Assembly (NCBI GenBank): GCA_044226825.1
Contig: JBGAGH010000003.1
Location: 133,976-197,975, forward strand
Length of the DNA stretch: 64,000 bases
Direction: 5' to 3'
Source of the DNA: Cyclobacteriaceae bacterium
Lineage (GTDB): Bacteria; Bacteroidota; Bacteroidia; Cytophagales; Cyclobacteriaceae
Position numbers and translations under genes: made by a program. The notes beneath the pieces were generated by a model. The model saw only the letters and a program-made list of their open reading frames with translations. It had not been told where the DNA came from and searched no databases. Of the stretch, positions 37,653 to 46,959 are shown piece after piece (the first letter of the stretch is position 1; each line of letters starts with the position of its first letter).

Positions 37653-38978
37653 TCACTGCGACAGTCGTGTCAACGACAAGCGCGCCACCCTGATAGTCGA
37701 AGACGTGATCCTAAATCGATCATCCAATCGAAGGCCGCACACCCAAACGATTTGACCACCGCTCGCCAACACCGTCGCACGTGGCTTCCCTGCGGCAGAT
37801 ACTTTTTCGTCCGTCAAAAAGTCACTCAATTTCTTCCTACCCGTCATGCCCAGCGGATGAAACCAGTCGCCTTCTTGCCACACGCGCCACAGAAGTGGAA
37901 ATGCAAGCTTGTCCGCATCGACCGTGGGACGAAGTGGATCTCTTGAAATCTCACCCAGCGCCAATTCCTCTACCTCCAGTCGATCATCGCCGCGAAAGAC
38001 CGGGGTCCCATAACCCGGGATCAAGATATGAGGTAAGTTCTCTGCTTTCATCTCGATGACCAATTCTTCCCGGTCTACCGTGAGTCGGTGCGTCGTCGAA
38101 AAAAATATCTTACCGGGCTGCCCTTTCATCGCCGCCACGATTGCTTCGGCCTGTGAAAAGTTGAAACCGAAGTCTTCGATCATGCGAAGCAAGACACCCG
38201 ATTGATGAATAAAGCCTTCGAGTCCTTTTTTCAGAATCGTCACGCGATGCTGATGGGTGATCAGAAATGATTTCTTCCAATCATCGGTGGATCGTTGAAT
38301 GAGTTCCCGTTCGCCGCCAAGTCGTTCGGTGTTGCGCTGCAAGGTTTCTTCGAGTGAAGGGTTCAGTTCCCTCATGACGTCCATGACCCGATGGCGCACA
38401 AAATTTCGACGGTAATGGTCTTCGGCATTGGAAGCATCTTCGCGCCACACGATCCCTTTTTCTGCCGCATAAGCTTCGATGTCGTGGCGGGTAGCAAATG
38501 ACAAGGGCCGGATGATCCCATTGTTTTCCGTCGGGATACCGGTGAGTCCATCGATACCGGTTCCTCGAATCAAATTCATGACCATGGTTTCACCCGAATC
38601 GTTCGCATGGTGTGCGGTCGCCAGCACCGACCCTGGATTCGACGCGAGCAACTCCGAAAACCATTGCCGCCGCAGGTCGCGCGCCGCCATTTGAATAGAC
38701 ACCTTGTGCGTAGTGGCATAGTTGTTGGTCGAGACGGCGCGTGTTTGAAACGGAACCTGCAGACGAGCTGCTTGTTGCTGCACGAACGCCTGGTCACCAT
38801 CCGACTCATCCCCGCGCAACCCGAAATTGACATGCACCACTTCCACGGAATAGCCCGCCTCCACAAGAAGGTGGAGGAGAACCATCGAGTCGATACCGCC
38901 GCTCACTGCTACGAATACGCGCTGGTCGGGTCGGCACAGACGGTGTTGCTCGATAAATCGTGTAAACTGGTTCAGCAC
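37653..38978 (-). CDS. tilS: tRNA(Ile)-lysidine synthetase
   Basis: AVSGGIDS PP-loop, ATAHHAND, IIRPL, DASNAEDHYRRNFVRH, C-terminal RKKLSDFL. Confidence 0.96.
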   Translation of the reverse strand: MLNQFTRFIEQHRLCRPDQRVFVAVSGGIDSMVLLHLLVEAGYSVEVVHVNFGLRGDESDGDQAFVQQQAARLQVPFQTRAVSTNNYATTHKVSIQMAARDLRRQWFSELLASNPGSVLATAHHANDSGETMVMNLIRGTGIDGLTGIPTENNGIIRPLSFATRHDIEAYAAEKGIVWREDASNAEDHYRRNFVRHRVMDVMRELNPSLEETLQRNTERLGGERELIQRSTDDWKKSFLITHQHRVTILKKGLEGFIHQSGVLLRMIEDFGFNFSQAEAIVAAMKGQPGKIFFSTTHRLTVDREELVIEMKAENLPHILIPGYGTPVFRGDDRLEVEELALGEISRDPLRPTVDADKLAFPLLWRVWQEGDWFHPLGMTGRKKLSDFLTDEKVSAAGKPRATVLASGGQIVWVCGLRLDDRFRITSSTIRVARLSLTRLSQ

Positions 38979-38982
38979 AACC

Positions 38983-38990
38983 CAAAGGTA
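38983..38990 (-). promoter_or_regulatory. Bacteroidota sigma70 -7 box for tilS
   Basis: Minus strand TACCTTTG matches TAnnTTTG, 4 nt before the GTG start. Confidence 0.55.
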
Positions 38991-38999
38991 ACTTTTATC

Positions 39000-39007
39000 T
39001 ATTTTTG
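39000..39007 (+). promoter_or_regulatory. Bacteroidota sigma70 -7 box for the OstA-like gene
   Basis: TATTTTTG matches TAnnTTTG, 7 nt before the ATG. Confidence 0.55.
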
Positions 39008-39014
39008 AACCCCA

Positions 39015-40604
39015 ATGAGACGCCTTCTCCTTTTCTTACTGCTCGGTTCATTTACGCTGGCCTTTCATGTTGCCGACGCTCAGAAAAGGGTGCGACTGAA
39101 GCAAGCGGACCTCAGCCGCGGCAGGGTAATCGATGGCAAACGTGTAGACTGGGTGATTGGCAATGTCATCTTCACCCAAAACCAGACGACGATCTATTGC
39201 GATTCCGCCCAGATCTTCAAGAAGGAAAACTCCGTGGAAGCATTCGGGCGGGTGCGGATCACCGATGGTGACTCGATCACCGTTACGGCGAGACACTTGC
39301 GATACGATGGAAACGAGCGGATCGCGTACCTACGCAACAACGTCGTATTCGAGAAACTCGCGACCGCCACTTTATACACCGACTTTCTCAATTACTATCG
39401 CACGTTGAGCGAAGCCCGCTATTTCAACGGCGGCCGGTTGGTCGACAGCACCAACACGCTGACCAGCGCTAAGGGTTACTACAACACGCGGAGCAACTTG
39501 GCCTCTTTCAAGACGAACGTGGTGGGCGTAAACCCTGACTACACGTTGAAGTCGGATACGCTGCAATACAACACCACGACCAAGATCGCCTTCTTTCGCG
39601 CGAAGACCACCGTGATCGACAAAGAAGGAAAAACTGCCGTATACGACGATGGTTTCTACGACACGAAACCCACGGAAAAGAAGTCGCAGCTGACGCGCGG
39701 GGTGATTCAAACACCGACGTATGAAATGAAGGGCGAAAAGTACTTCTTAGACGACTTAAAGAAATTCTATCGCGCGAAAGCCAACGTGGTCATGACGAGT
39801 CGCGAACAGAACCTCACTATTTACGGCGACGACGGATACTACAACAAGGTTACGGGTATCGCGAAGGTGTATGGAAATGCCTGGTTGGCTAAAGTTGGAA
39901 ACGACGGTGATACTCTTTTTCTGTCCGCCGACACCTTGGTTTCGGTAGAACACAACAATCCATCACACAAGCGAACGCTCGCGTATCGCAATGTCAAGAT
40001 CTTCAAATCGAACTTGCAAGGACGGGCTGATTCTCTCGCCTACTTCACGTCCGACTCGCTCCTATATTTTTATGGCCGTCCGGTACTCTGGACCACGGAA
40101 AATCAAATGACGGCCGACACTATTCGCGTCGAGTTGAAGAACGAGACTGTAGATAAGACTTACCTGATCTCCAACTCGTTCGTCGTTTCACAAGACAGTC
40201 TGCTGAACTTCAACCAGATGAAGGGCCAAAAGATGACAGCGTTCTTCAAGAATAAGTCAATCGACCACGTCAACGTGGATGGCAACGGCGAGAGCCTGTA
40301 CTATGTCTTGCAAGAAGAAGAAAAAGACCTCGACTCGTTACTGCTGAAAATCGTGTACGTAAGCGGGATGAATAAGATGATCTGCTCGAACATGCGCATC
40401 AACTTTGTGAATGGCGAGGTTGACAACTTCAGCGCTTACGTGCGGCCCGACGCACAGTTTATTCCACCGCACGAACTTCAAAAAGACGCCGAACGCTTGA
40501 AGGGATTCGAGTGGCGCATCAAAGAACGCCCCCTTAAGGAAGAAGTCGTGAAAACACGAGGGGGAGCACCGTCGAAGAAGCCCCCCATACCACAAAAGGA
40601 GTAG
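39015..40604 (+). CDS. OstA-like (LptA/LptD N-terminal beta-jellyroll repeat) protein
   Basis: Signal peptide; GNVIFTQ...IYCDSA, repeated xDTL/xDSL motifs, GNGESLYY. Confidence 0.85.
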   Translation: MRRLLLFLLLGSFTLAFHVADAQKRVRLKQADLSRGRVIDGKRVDWVIGNVIFTQNQTTIYCDSAQIFKKENSVEAFGRVRITDGDSITVTARHLRYDGNERIAYLRNNVVFEKLATATLYTDFLNYYRTLSEARYFNGGRLVDSTNTLTSAKGYYNTRSNLASFKTNVVGVNPDYTLKSDTLQYNTTTKIAFFRAKTTVIDKEGKTAVYDDGFYDTKPTEKKSQLTRGVIQTPTYEMKGEKYFLDDLKKFYRAKANVVMTSREQNLTIYGDDGYYNKVTGIAKVYGNAWLAKVGNDGDTLFLSADTLVSVEHNNPSHKRTLAYRNVKIFKSNLQGRADSLAYFTSDSLLYFYGRPVLWTTENQMTADTIRVELKNETVDKTYLISNSFVVSQDSLLNFNQMKGQKMTAFFKNKSIDHVNVDGNGESLYYVLQEEEKDLDSLLLKIVYVSGMNKMICSNMRINFVNGEVDNFSAYVRPDAQFIPPHELQKDAERLKGFEWRIKERPLKEEVVKTRGGAPSKKPPIPQKE

Positions 40605-40734
40605 AACATTTGGCAAAAGGGCCTGCTGAACGACCCTTTCTTTGGAAAATTGCCTGCCGTAACCCATATTTTTTCGCGAAAGAGTAGGAGTCGCCTTCTT
40701 TTTGCATTAAATTTTCAATTGAAATAGTGTATCC

Positions 40735-41439
40735 ATGAAGTTGTGCCGTCTCATCTGCGTGCTCGTCATGGGTTGGTCAACGGGGTTTGCGCAAAGCCTC
40801 GAATTTGTTGACCGGCAGGATACCTATTCAGCTGCCATCCACGAAACACTTAACATTTCCCTTCGCGTCAAGAGCCGGTCCGACAAGGCACAGTTCTACA
40901 TCATTCGAAAAGTGTACTCCGACATGGGACACTCTCAGAAAGGATATTTCTGCATCGGCAACGACTGCCTGGACGCTGGAATGGATGAGTTTTCGAAACG
41001 CCTCGAGCCCGGCGAAACCCTCGAAGGACTCAAGTACGTCCTCGAGACCGGAATTTTGACGGGGCAAACCACCTTTAAGTTCGAGATCTTCCCCCGGGGC
41101 AACCCGTCGGCTGCAGTCGAACACAATGTGACCGTCAGCATCGAAGAAAAGCGCACCCGGTCGCTCGTTTTTCAATCCAAAGACATCACGATACACGACG
41201 TGTACCCGAACCCCGTGTCGGACCAAGCGTTTATCGACTACACGATCCACAATGAGTCGCTAAAGGCTAAAGTGGTGATTCACAATATCTTAGGACGAAC
41301 CATGAGCGAAACCGAGCTACCCACGTCGGAAACGAGGATTAAGCTCCAAGCCGACGAACTCGCGACGGGCATTTATTTTTACACGTTGTACATCGACAAC
41401 GACGGGGTATTGACCCGGAAAATGGTCGTCAGGAAATAG
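40735..41439 (+). CDS. Small T9SS type-A CTD protein
   Basis: Signal peptide; C-terminal VYPNPVSD...IHNILG...LATGIYFY...RKMVVRK. Confidence 0.88.
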   Translation: MKLCRLICVLVMGWSTGFAQSLEFVDRQDTYSAAIHETLNISLRVKSRSDKAQFYIIRKVYSDMGHSQKGYFCIGNDCLDAGMDEFSKRLEPGETLEGLKYVLETGILTGQTTFKFEIFPRGNPSAAVEHNVTVSIEEKRTRSLVFQSKDITIHDVYPNPVSDQAFIDYTIHNESLKAKVVIHNILGRTMSETELPTSETRIKLQADELATGIYFYTLYIDNDGVLTRKMVVRK

Positions 41440-41505
41440 CGGCCGGTCTCCTTTCCCGCAATATTTACGAACACCAGACCGTTAGCCTAAAAAACGGAAT
41501 TACGT

Positions 41506-41513
41506 TATATTTG
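41506..41513 (+). promoter_or_regulatory. Bacteroidota sigma70 -7 box for bamD
   Basis: TATATTTG, 7 nt before the ATG at 41521. Confidence 0.6.
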
Positions 41514-41520
41514 CAGGCTT

Positions 41521-42342
41521 ATGTGGGCTAGAATTCTATTTAGGGCGCAGATTTGGGTGATTACGCTGTTGGTCGTGGCATCGTGCAGCAAATTCCGCAA
41601 GATCCAGAAGAGTGAAGACTGGAGGGTGCGTTACGAAGCTGCCCTCTCCTACTACGCGAAAAAAGACTACTACCGCGCGTCGACACTGTTCGAAGACATT
41701 TTGCCGATTGTGCGCGGGCTGCCGGAAGGCGAGAAAGTGGAATTCTTTTTGGCCTACTGCCAGTACTACGAAAAGACTTATTTGCTCGCCGCCAACCAGT
41801 TCAAAACCTTCTATGAAACGTATGGGCGCAGCACGATGGCCGAGGAAGCGCATTTTATGTATGCTTACTCGCTTTTCGTTTCGGCACCCGATTCAAACTT
41901 GGATCAGTCCGACGGGATCGAAGCCATGGACGCTATGCAGGTTTTCCTGAACAAGTACCCAGCGAGTACGTTTCGCGACCGTGCTTCTGAAGTGATCACG
42001 GTGAGCCACGATAAGCTGGAAGAAAAAGGATTCGACAACGCGCGTCAATACTATAAGCTGCGCAACTACCAGGCTGCTGTGATTTCGTTCGACAACTTCC
42101 GCAAGAAATTTCCGGACTCGAAATTCCTCGAGGAGGTGGCTTATCTGAAGGTGGTATCGCAGTTCCGATATGCCGAAAATAGCTTTGAACAATTTCAAAT
42201 CACGCGATTCCAATCGGTGATTGAGTTCTATCAAGAACTTGTAGATAACTTCCCTGACAGTAAGTATTTGCGCGAAGCAGAGCGCATGTATTCGATCTCG
42301 AGGGAAAAATTAGCTGAACTAAAAACCAACGCAAAAGTTTAA
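41521..42342 (+). CDS. bamD: Outer membrane protein assembly factor BamD
   Basis: Lipobox VAS-C; TPR-like repeats; conserved position before rpoZ-coaBC. Confidence 0.92.
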   Translation: MWARILFRAQIWVITLLVVASCSKFRKIQKSEDWRVRYEAALSYYAKKDYYRASTLFEDILPIVRGLPEGEKVEFFLAYCQYYEKTYLLAANQFKTFYETYGRSTMAEEAHFMYAYSLFVSAPDSNLDQSDGIEAMDAMQVFLNKYPASTFRDRASEVITVSHDKLEEKGFDNARQYYKLRNYQAAVISFDNFRKKFPDSKFLEEVAYLKVVSQFRYAENSFEQFQITRFQSVIEFYQELVDNFPDSKYLREAERMYSISREKLAELKTNAKV

Positions 42343-42348
42343 CATACT

Positions 42349-42672
42349 ATGGCAGCACAACCTTCAATTGTAACACGCGACATCGACAACATCGCCGCAC
42401 CGACTGGAAACATTTACGAATCGGTGGTGGTGATCTCTAAGCGTGCGCGCCAGATCGCGATCAACATCAAGGAAGAACTCAGCGGCAAATTGGCCGAGTT
42501 CGCGACTACCGTTGATAACCTCGAAGAGATCTTCGAAAACCGCGAGCAAATCGAGATTTCGAAATTCTATGAAAGAATGCCGAAACCGACATCAACGGCT
42601 ATCGAAGAATTCTTGGAAGGCAAGTTGATGTACCGCATGCGTTCCGTAACTGAAGAGAAAGCGGAAGCTTAA
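42349..42672 (+). CDS. rpoZ: RNA polymerase omega subunit (Bacteroidota type)
   Basis: TGNIYESVVVISKRARQI...EQIEISKFYERMPKPT. Confidence 0.9.
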   Translation: MAAQPSIVTRDIDNIAAPTGNIYESVVVISKRARQIAINIKEELSGKLAEFATTVDNLEEIFENREQIEISKFYERMPKPTSTAIEEFLEGKLMYRMRSVTEEKAEA

Positions 42673-42682
42673 CAACAAGCAT

Positions 42683-43885
42683 ATGCTGAAAGGCAGGAAA
42701 ATCCTTCTTGGTGTCACCGGGAGTATTGCTGCCTACAAGGCGGCCGTTTTGACTAGGCTACTGGTCAAGGAGGAAGCCGAGGTAAGGGTCGTTATGACGC
42801 CAGCCGCGCTGGATTTCATGACGCCCCTTACTTTTTCTACCCTATCCAAAAATCCTGTTTACGCTACCTTTCTGAAAGAAGGCTCGGGCGAGTGGAACAA
42901 CCACGTTGAACTCGGCTTGTGGGCCGACGCGCTCGTCATTGCCCCGGCCACTGCCGACACGATTGCGAAGATGGCCCATGGGTTGTGCGACAACCTGTTA
43001 CTCGCATGCTATCTATCGGCACGCTGCCCCGTGTTCTTTGCTCCTGCCATGGACTTAGACATGATGAAGCATCCCTCCACGCAATCGAATTTAGCGTCGC
43101 TCAAGAGTTATGGAAACCACCTGTTGGAACCAGGTTTTGGAGAGCTCGCGAGTGGTTTGATCGGCGTGGGTCGCATGGCAGAACCCGAGGAAATCGTTCA
43201 CCAGCTTAACATTCACTTCACGACAACGGGTGTATTGAAGGGCAAACGCGCTTTGGTGACGGCTGGACCGACCCATGAAGCAATCGACCCGGTACGCTTC
43301 ATCGGCAACAACTCGAGTGGCAAAATGGGATATGCCATTGCCGAAGCACTGGCGAACCGCGGTGCGCAGGTTGACTTGGTGTCGGGTCCCACCCACCTCA
43401 CCTCGTCGCATCCGGGCGTGCACGTCACGCGCGTGACCAGTGCCGAGGAAATGTATCAAGCCTGCACGCACATTTTTCCCTCCGTTCAAATCGCAGTTCT
43501 GTCCGCCGCCGTCGCAGATTACCGCCCCACGGTGGTGGCCGATCAAAAAATCAAGAAAGGTGACGGTGGTCTGACGTTGGAGCTCACCAAAACCTTTGAC
43601 ATCGCTGCCGAACTAGGGCGTCAAAAACAACCCGGTCAGTTAATCGTCGGGTTCGCCCTTGAAACCGAAAACGAACGGGCCAACGCCGAGAAAAAGCTCA
43701 CGTCCAAAAACTTCGATCTGATCGTATTGAACTCGTTGCAAGATGCCGGCGCAGGCTTCGGTCACGATACCAACAAGGTGACGATCGTGACACGCGACCG
43801 GGTGGCGAAGGAATTTAACCTCAAGTCGAAGAAAGAAGTGGCGACCGATATCGTTAATACCATCGTTGAACACACTCATGCGTAA
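42683..43885 (+). CDS. coaBC: Bifunctional PPC decarboxylase / PP-cysteine ligase
   Basis: GVTGSIAAYK, APATAD, PAMD, TAGPTHEAIDPVRFIGNNSSGKMG, VGFALET. Confidence 0.97.
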   Translation: MLKGRKILLGVTGSIAAYKAAVLTRLLVKEEAEVRVVMTPAALDFMTPLTFSTLSKNPVYATFLKEGSGEWNNHVELGLWADALVIAPATADTIAKMAHGLCDNLLLACYLSARCPVFFAPAMDLDMMKHPSTQSNLASLKSYGNHLLEPGFGELASGLIGVGRMAEPEEIVHQLNIHFTTTGVLKGKRALVTAGPTHEAIDPVRFIGNNSSGKMGYAIAEALANRGAQVDLVSGPTHLTSSHPGVHVTRVTSAEEMYQACTHIFPSVQIAVLSAAVADYRPTVVADQKIKKGDGGLTLELTKTFDIAAELGRQKQPGQLIVGFALETENERANAEKKLTSKNFDLIVLNSLQDAGAGFGHDTNKVTIVTRDRVAKEFNLKSKKEVATDIVNTIVEHTHA

Positions 43886-44768
43886 TTTCTTACTGATTGG
43901 ATGCCTCTTGTGGTCGGTGGCTGGCTGGAGCCAAGAACTGAATTGCAAGGTGACCATCAACGCCGACCAAATTCAAACGACCGACCGCAACGTGTTTAAG
44001 GACATGGAACGCTCGTTTGCCAATTTCTTGAACTCGCGGAAATGGACCGGCGATTCTTACAAGAATTACGAAAAGATCAACTGTTCGCTTTTCCTCAACA
44101 TCAGCAAGATGCCGTCGATTGGCAACTTCGTGGCGAGCGCACAAATCACCGCTGCACGCCCGGTTTATGGGGGCAACTATGAAACCGTGCTCCTAAACTT
44201 TGCCGATCGTGAATGGGAGTTCGAGTATATCGAATCGCTGCCTTTGGAGTACAACGATAACGCATATATCACGAACCTCACTTCGATGCTCGCCTTTTAT
44301 GCTTACGTGATCTTAGGTTTTGACTACGATTCGTTCGCCGAGATGGGTGGAAGTCCGCACTTCCAGAAGGCGCTCGCCGTCGTCAACAATGCCCAGCCTT
44401 CCAACCGTCCGGGCTGGCAGGCGTTGGGGAGCAACCGAAGCCGCTATTCGTTGATCGAGAACTTGAACAACCCGCAAATGACCGAGTTGCGGAAAAATGC
44501 CTATCGCTACCACCGATTGGCTTTGGACAATTATGCGAAGAACCCCGACGAGGCACGCACGATAATCTTGGAGGTGTTGCGGAACGTCAAAAAGGTGTGG
44601 ACGATCAACCCTAGCTCGATTTTCGTGGTCACTTTTTTTGACGCCAAGGCGACGGAACTGGTGAACGTATTTTCGGAGGGCAACCTGACCGTCCGGCGCG
44701 AAGCCTTCGACATTTTGACCTCGATCGATCCCAAGCGGAACATCTACCAGAAGATCATCTCGAACTGA
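43878..44768 (+). CDS. porD: DUF4835 family protein (T9SS-associated PorD-like)
   Basis: Start MRNFLL overlaps the coaBC stop; SQELNCKVTIN; NLTSMLAFYAY...GFDYDSF; conserved coaBC-DUF4835-recN order. Confidence 0.82.
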   Translation: MRNFLLIGCLLWSVAGWSQELNCKVTINADQIQTTDRNVFKDMERSFANFLNSRKWTGDSYKNYEKINCSLFLNISKMPSIGNFVASAQITAARPVYGGNYETVLLNFADREWEFEYIESLPLEYNDNAYITNLTSMLAFYAYVILGFDYDSFAEMGGSPHFQKALAVVNNAQPSNRPGWQALGSNRSRYSLIENLNNPQMTELRKNAYRYHRLALDNYAKNPDEARTIILEVLRNVKKVWTINPSSIFVVTFFDAKATELVNVFSEGNLTVRREAFDILTSIDPKRNIYQKIISN

Positions 44769-44859
44769 CGCAGGATTTGACAATACCTGTCAAGATTTGT
44801 CGGGAATCCAAACAACCTTCCACAGGGCTCGAAAATTCTGATAAATTGCGGGTTCCGAC

Positions 44860-46515
44860 ATGCTCACGCAACTGACCATTAAGAACTACGCGCTTATCCG
44901 CCAACTGGAGATGGAACCATCTTCCGGGTTGAACGTCATCACGGGGGAGACTGGCGCCGGCAAGTCCATCATGTTGGGTGCGATCGGCTTGTTGCTTGGC
45001 AACCGGGCCGACACCAAGGTGCTCTGGGACGAAAACGACAAGTGCGTCACAGAAGCAGAATTCGACATTGGCGCATACCGGCTGCAAAAGCTCTTTAAGT
45101 CGGAAGACTTGGACTACGATGCCAAGACGGTGATTCGTCGTGAAATCAACGCCAACGGCAAGAGTCGGGCCTTTATCAACGACACGCCCGTGACCCTCGA
45201 TGTGTTGCGCCGCATCACGTCGCGGCTGATGGACATACACTCTCAACACGAAACGCTGGAGCTTGGGTCGAACACCTTCCAATTGCATTTGATCGATTCG
45301 TACGCGGGCAATCAAAAGCTTCTCGATCAATATGCAGAGCAGTATGATGCATGGCTCAAAGCCAAGAAGGAATACGAAACTCTTTCGGCCGAAGCGGAAG
45401 CTTTGAAGCAAGAGGCTGACTTCGTGAAGTTTCAATTAGACGAGTTGCAAAAGGTTTCGCTGGTAGATGGCGAGCAAGAAAAACTCGAGTCGGAACTGAA
45501 GATTCAAGAACACGCCGAGGATATTAAGAGTAAACTCAACCAGTCGGTGCAAGCGCTGGGATCCAGCGAGTATTCGGTCACGACAAGCCTAGCCGAAGTA
45601 CGAGGATGGCTTCACACGATTGCCACGTACTCGTCCAAGTACCAGGCACTGCACGATCGCATCGAGTCGGTTCGCATCGAGTTGGCCGATATCCTATCGG
45701 AGTTGGAAGCGGAAGAAGAACAAGTAGAGTATGACGATGTACACCGCGAGGAAGTGAGTCAGCGCCTGAGTAGCCTCTACCACTTGCTTCAAAAGCATCG
45801 TGCAAAGGATATTGCGGCGCTGTTGGAATTGCAGCATCAGTTTGAAGAGCGTGCGAACAAAGCGACCAACCTAGATTCCTTGTTGTCGGAACTTAAGGGG
45901 AAAGAGGTTGCCGCGGCGTGCGAATTGGACGCACGCGCCGATGCTTTGACCAAATCTCGCGAGAAGGTGTTTGCGCCGCTGTCGCGCCAAATGGTTGGAC
46001 TCTTGAAAGAGTTAGGTATCCCGGATGCGAAGGTGAAGATCGAAAACGAACCGGTAGCACCAGGGCCGACGGGCAAAGACCATGTAGAGATTTTCTTTTC
46101 TGCGAACAAGGGCATAGAGGTTCGCCCGTTGGCCGAAGTAGCCTCCGGGGGTGAGTTCTCGCGTTTGATGTTTTGCCTGAAGTACATCATGGCGGAAAAG
46201 ACGGCGATGCCCACACTGGTGTTGGATGAGATCGACACTGGGGTATCGGGTGAAATCGCGATCAGCTTGGGAAAACTGATGCAAGAGATGGCAAAGTCGC
46301 ACCAGGTGATCTCGATCAGTCACTTGCCGCAGATCGCGGCACGCGGCGATGCCCATTATTTTGTTTTCAAGGACAACACCGCCAAGAAAACCGTCAGTTC
46401 GATCAAGAAACTGGACAAAAACGAGCGAATTTCGGAGATCGCCAAAATGATCGGTGGGGCCAATCCATCGTCGTCGGCCATCCAAAACGCGAAGGAATTG
46501 ATGGCTTCCAGCTAG
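44860..46515 (+). CDS. recN: DNA repair protein RecN
   Basis: TGETGAGKS, ASGGEFSR, LDEIDTGVSG, ISHLPQIAA. Confidence 0.97.
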   Translation: MLTQLTIKNYALIRQLEMEPSSGLNVITGETGAGKSIMLGAIGLLLGNRADTKVLWDENDKCVTEAEFDIGAYRLQKLFKSEDLDYDAKTVIRREINANGKSRAFINDTPVTLDVLRRITSRLMDIHSQHETLELGSNTFQLHLIDSYAGNQKLLDQYAEQYDAWLKAKKEYETLSAEAEALKQEADFVKFQLDELQKVSLVDGEQEKLESELKIQEHAEDIKSKLNQSVQALGSSEYSVTTSLAEVRGWLHTIATYSSKYQALHDRIESVRIELADILSELEAEEEQVEYDDVHREEVSQRLSSLYHLLQKHRAKDIAALLELQHQFEERANKATNLDSLLSELKGKEVAAACELDARADALTKSREKVFAPLSRQMVGLLKELGIPDAKVKIENEPVAPGPTGKDHVEIFFSANKGIEVRPLAEVASGGEFSRLMFCLKYIMAEKTAMPTLVLDEIDTGVSGEIAISLGKLMQEMAKSHQVISISHLPQIAARGDAHYFVFKDNTAKKTVSSIKKLDKNERISEIAKMIGGANPSSSAIQNAKELMASS

Positions 46516-46607
46516 CCACTGGCGCAGGTTTGCACTTGATGCTTTGCTGCGACTTTCTTACATTCGGTAGCAGTCAAATTTTCCCTCCCACCATCCCCTC
46601 TCGGCTT

Positions 46608-46862
46608 ATGAATATTTTCGTAGCCCGATTGAACTTCAAAACTAGGCGTGAAGACCTGGAAGCGGCTTTTGCCAAGTTTGGACAAGTGACATCGGCAAAA
46701 ATTGTCAAAGACAAGGAAACGGGTCGATCGAAAGGATTCGGTTTCGTTGAAATGCCGAACGACGACGAAGCGAACCGTGCGATCGAGGCCCTGAATGAAA
46801 AGGAGCTAGACGGGCGTACGATCGTCGTGAGACCAGCCAATCCTCGGAGCGAGACGCAGTAG
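46608..46862 (+). CDS. RRM RNA-binding protein
   Basis: MNIFVARL RNP2; RSKGFGFVEM RNP1; likely start is ATG 46608. Confidence 0.93.
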   Translation: MNIFVARLNFKTRREDLEAAFAKFGQVTSAKIVKDKETGRSKGFGFVEMPNDDEANRAIEALNEKELDGRTIVVRPANPRSETQ

Positions 46863-46959
46863 CGACGGCACCGAACGTTTTTCGACCGGACAAAAAAAGG
46901 AGAAGCGCCCTCCTTCGCGAGCCGATGCTTTTTTGCTTACTTACGTGAACGTAGATTTC

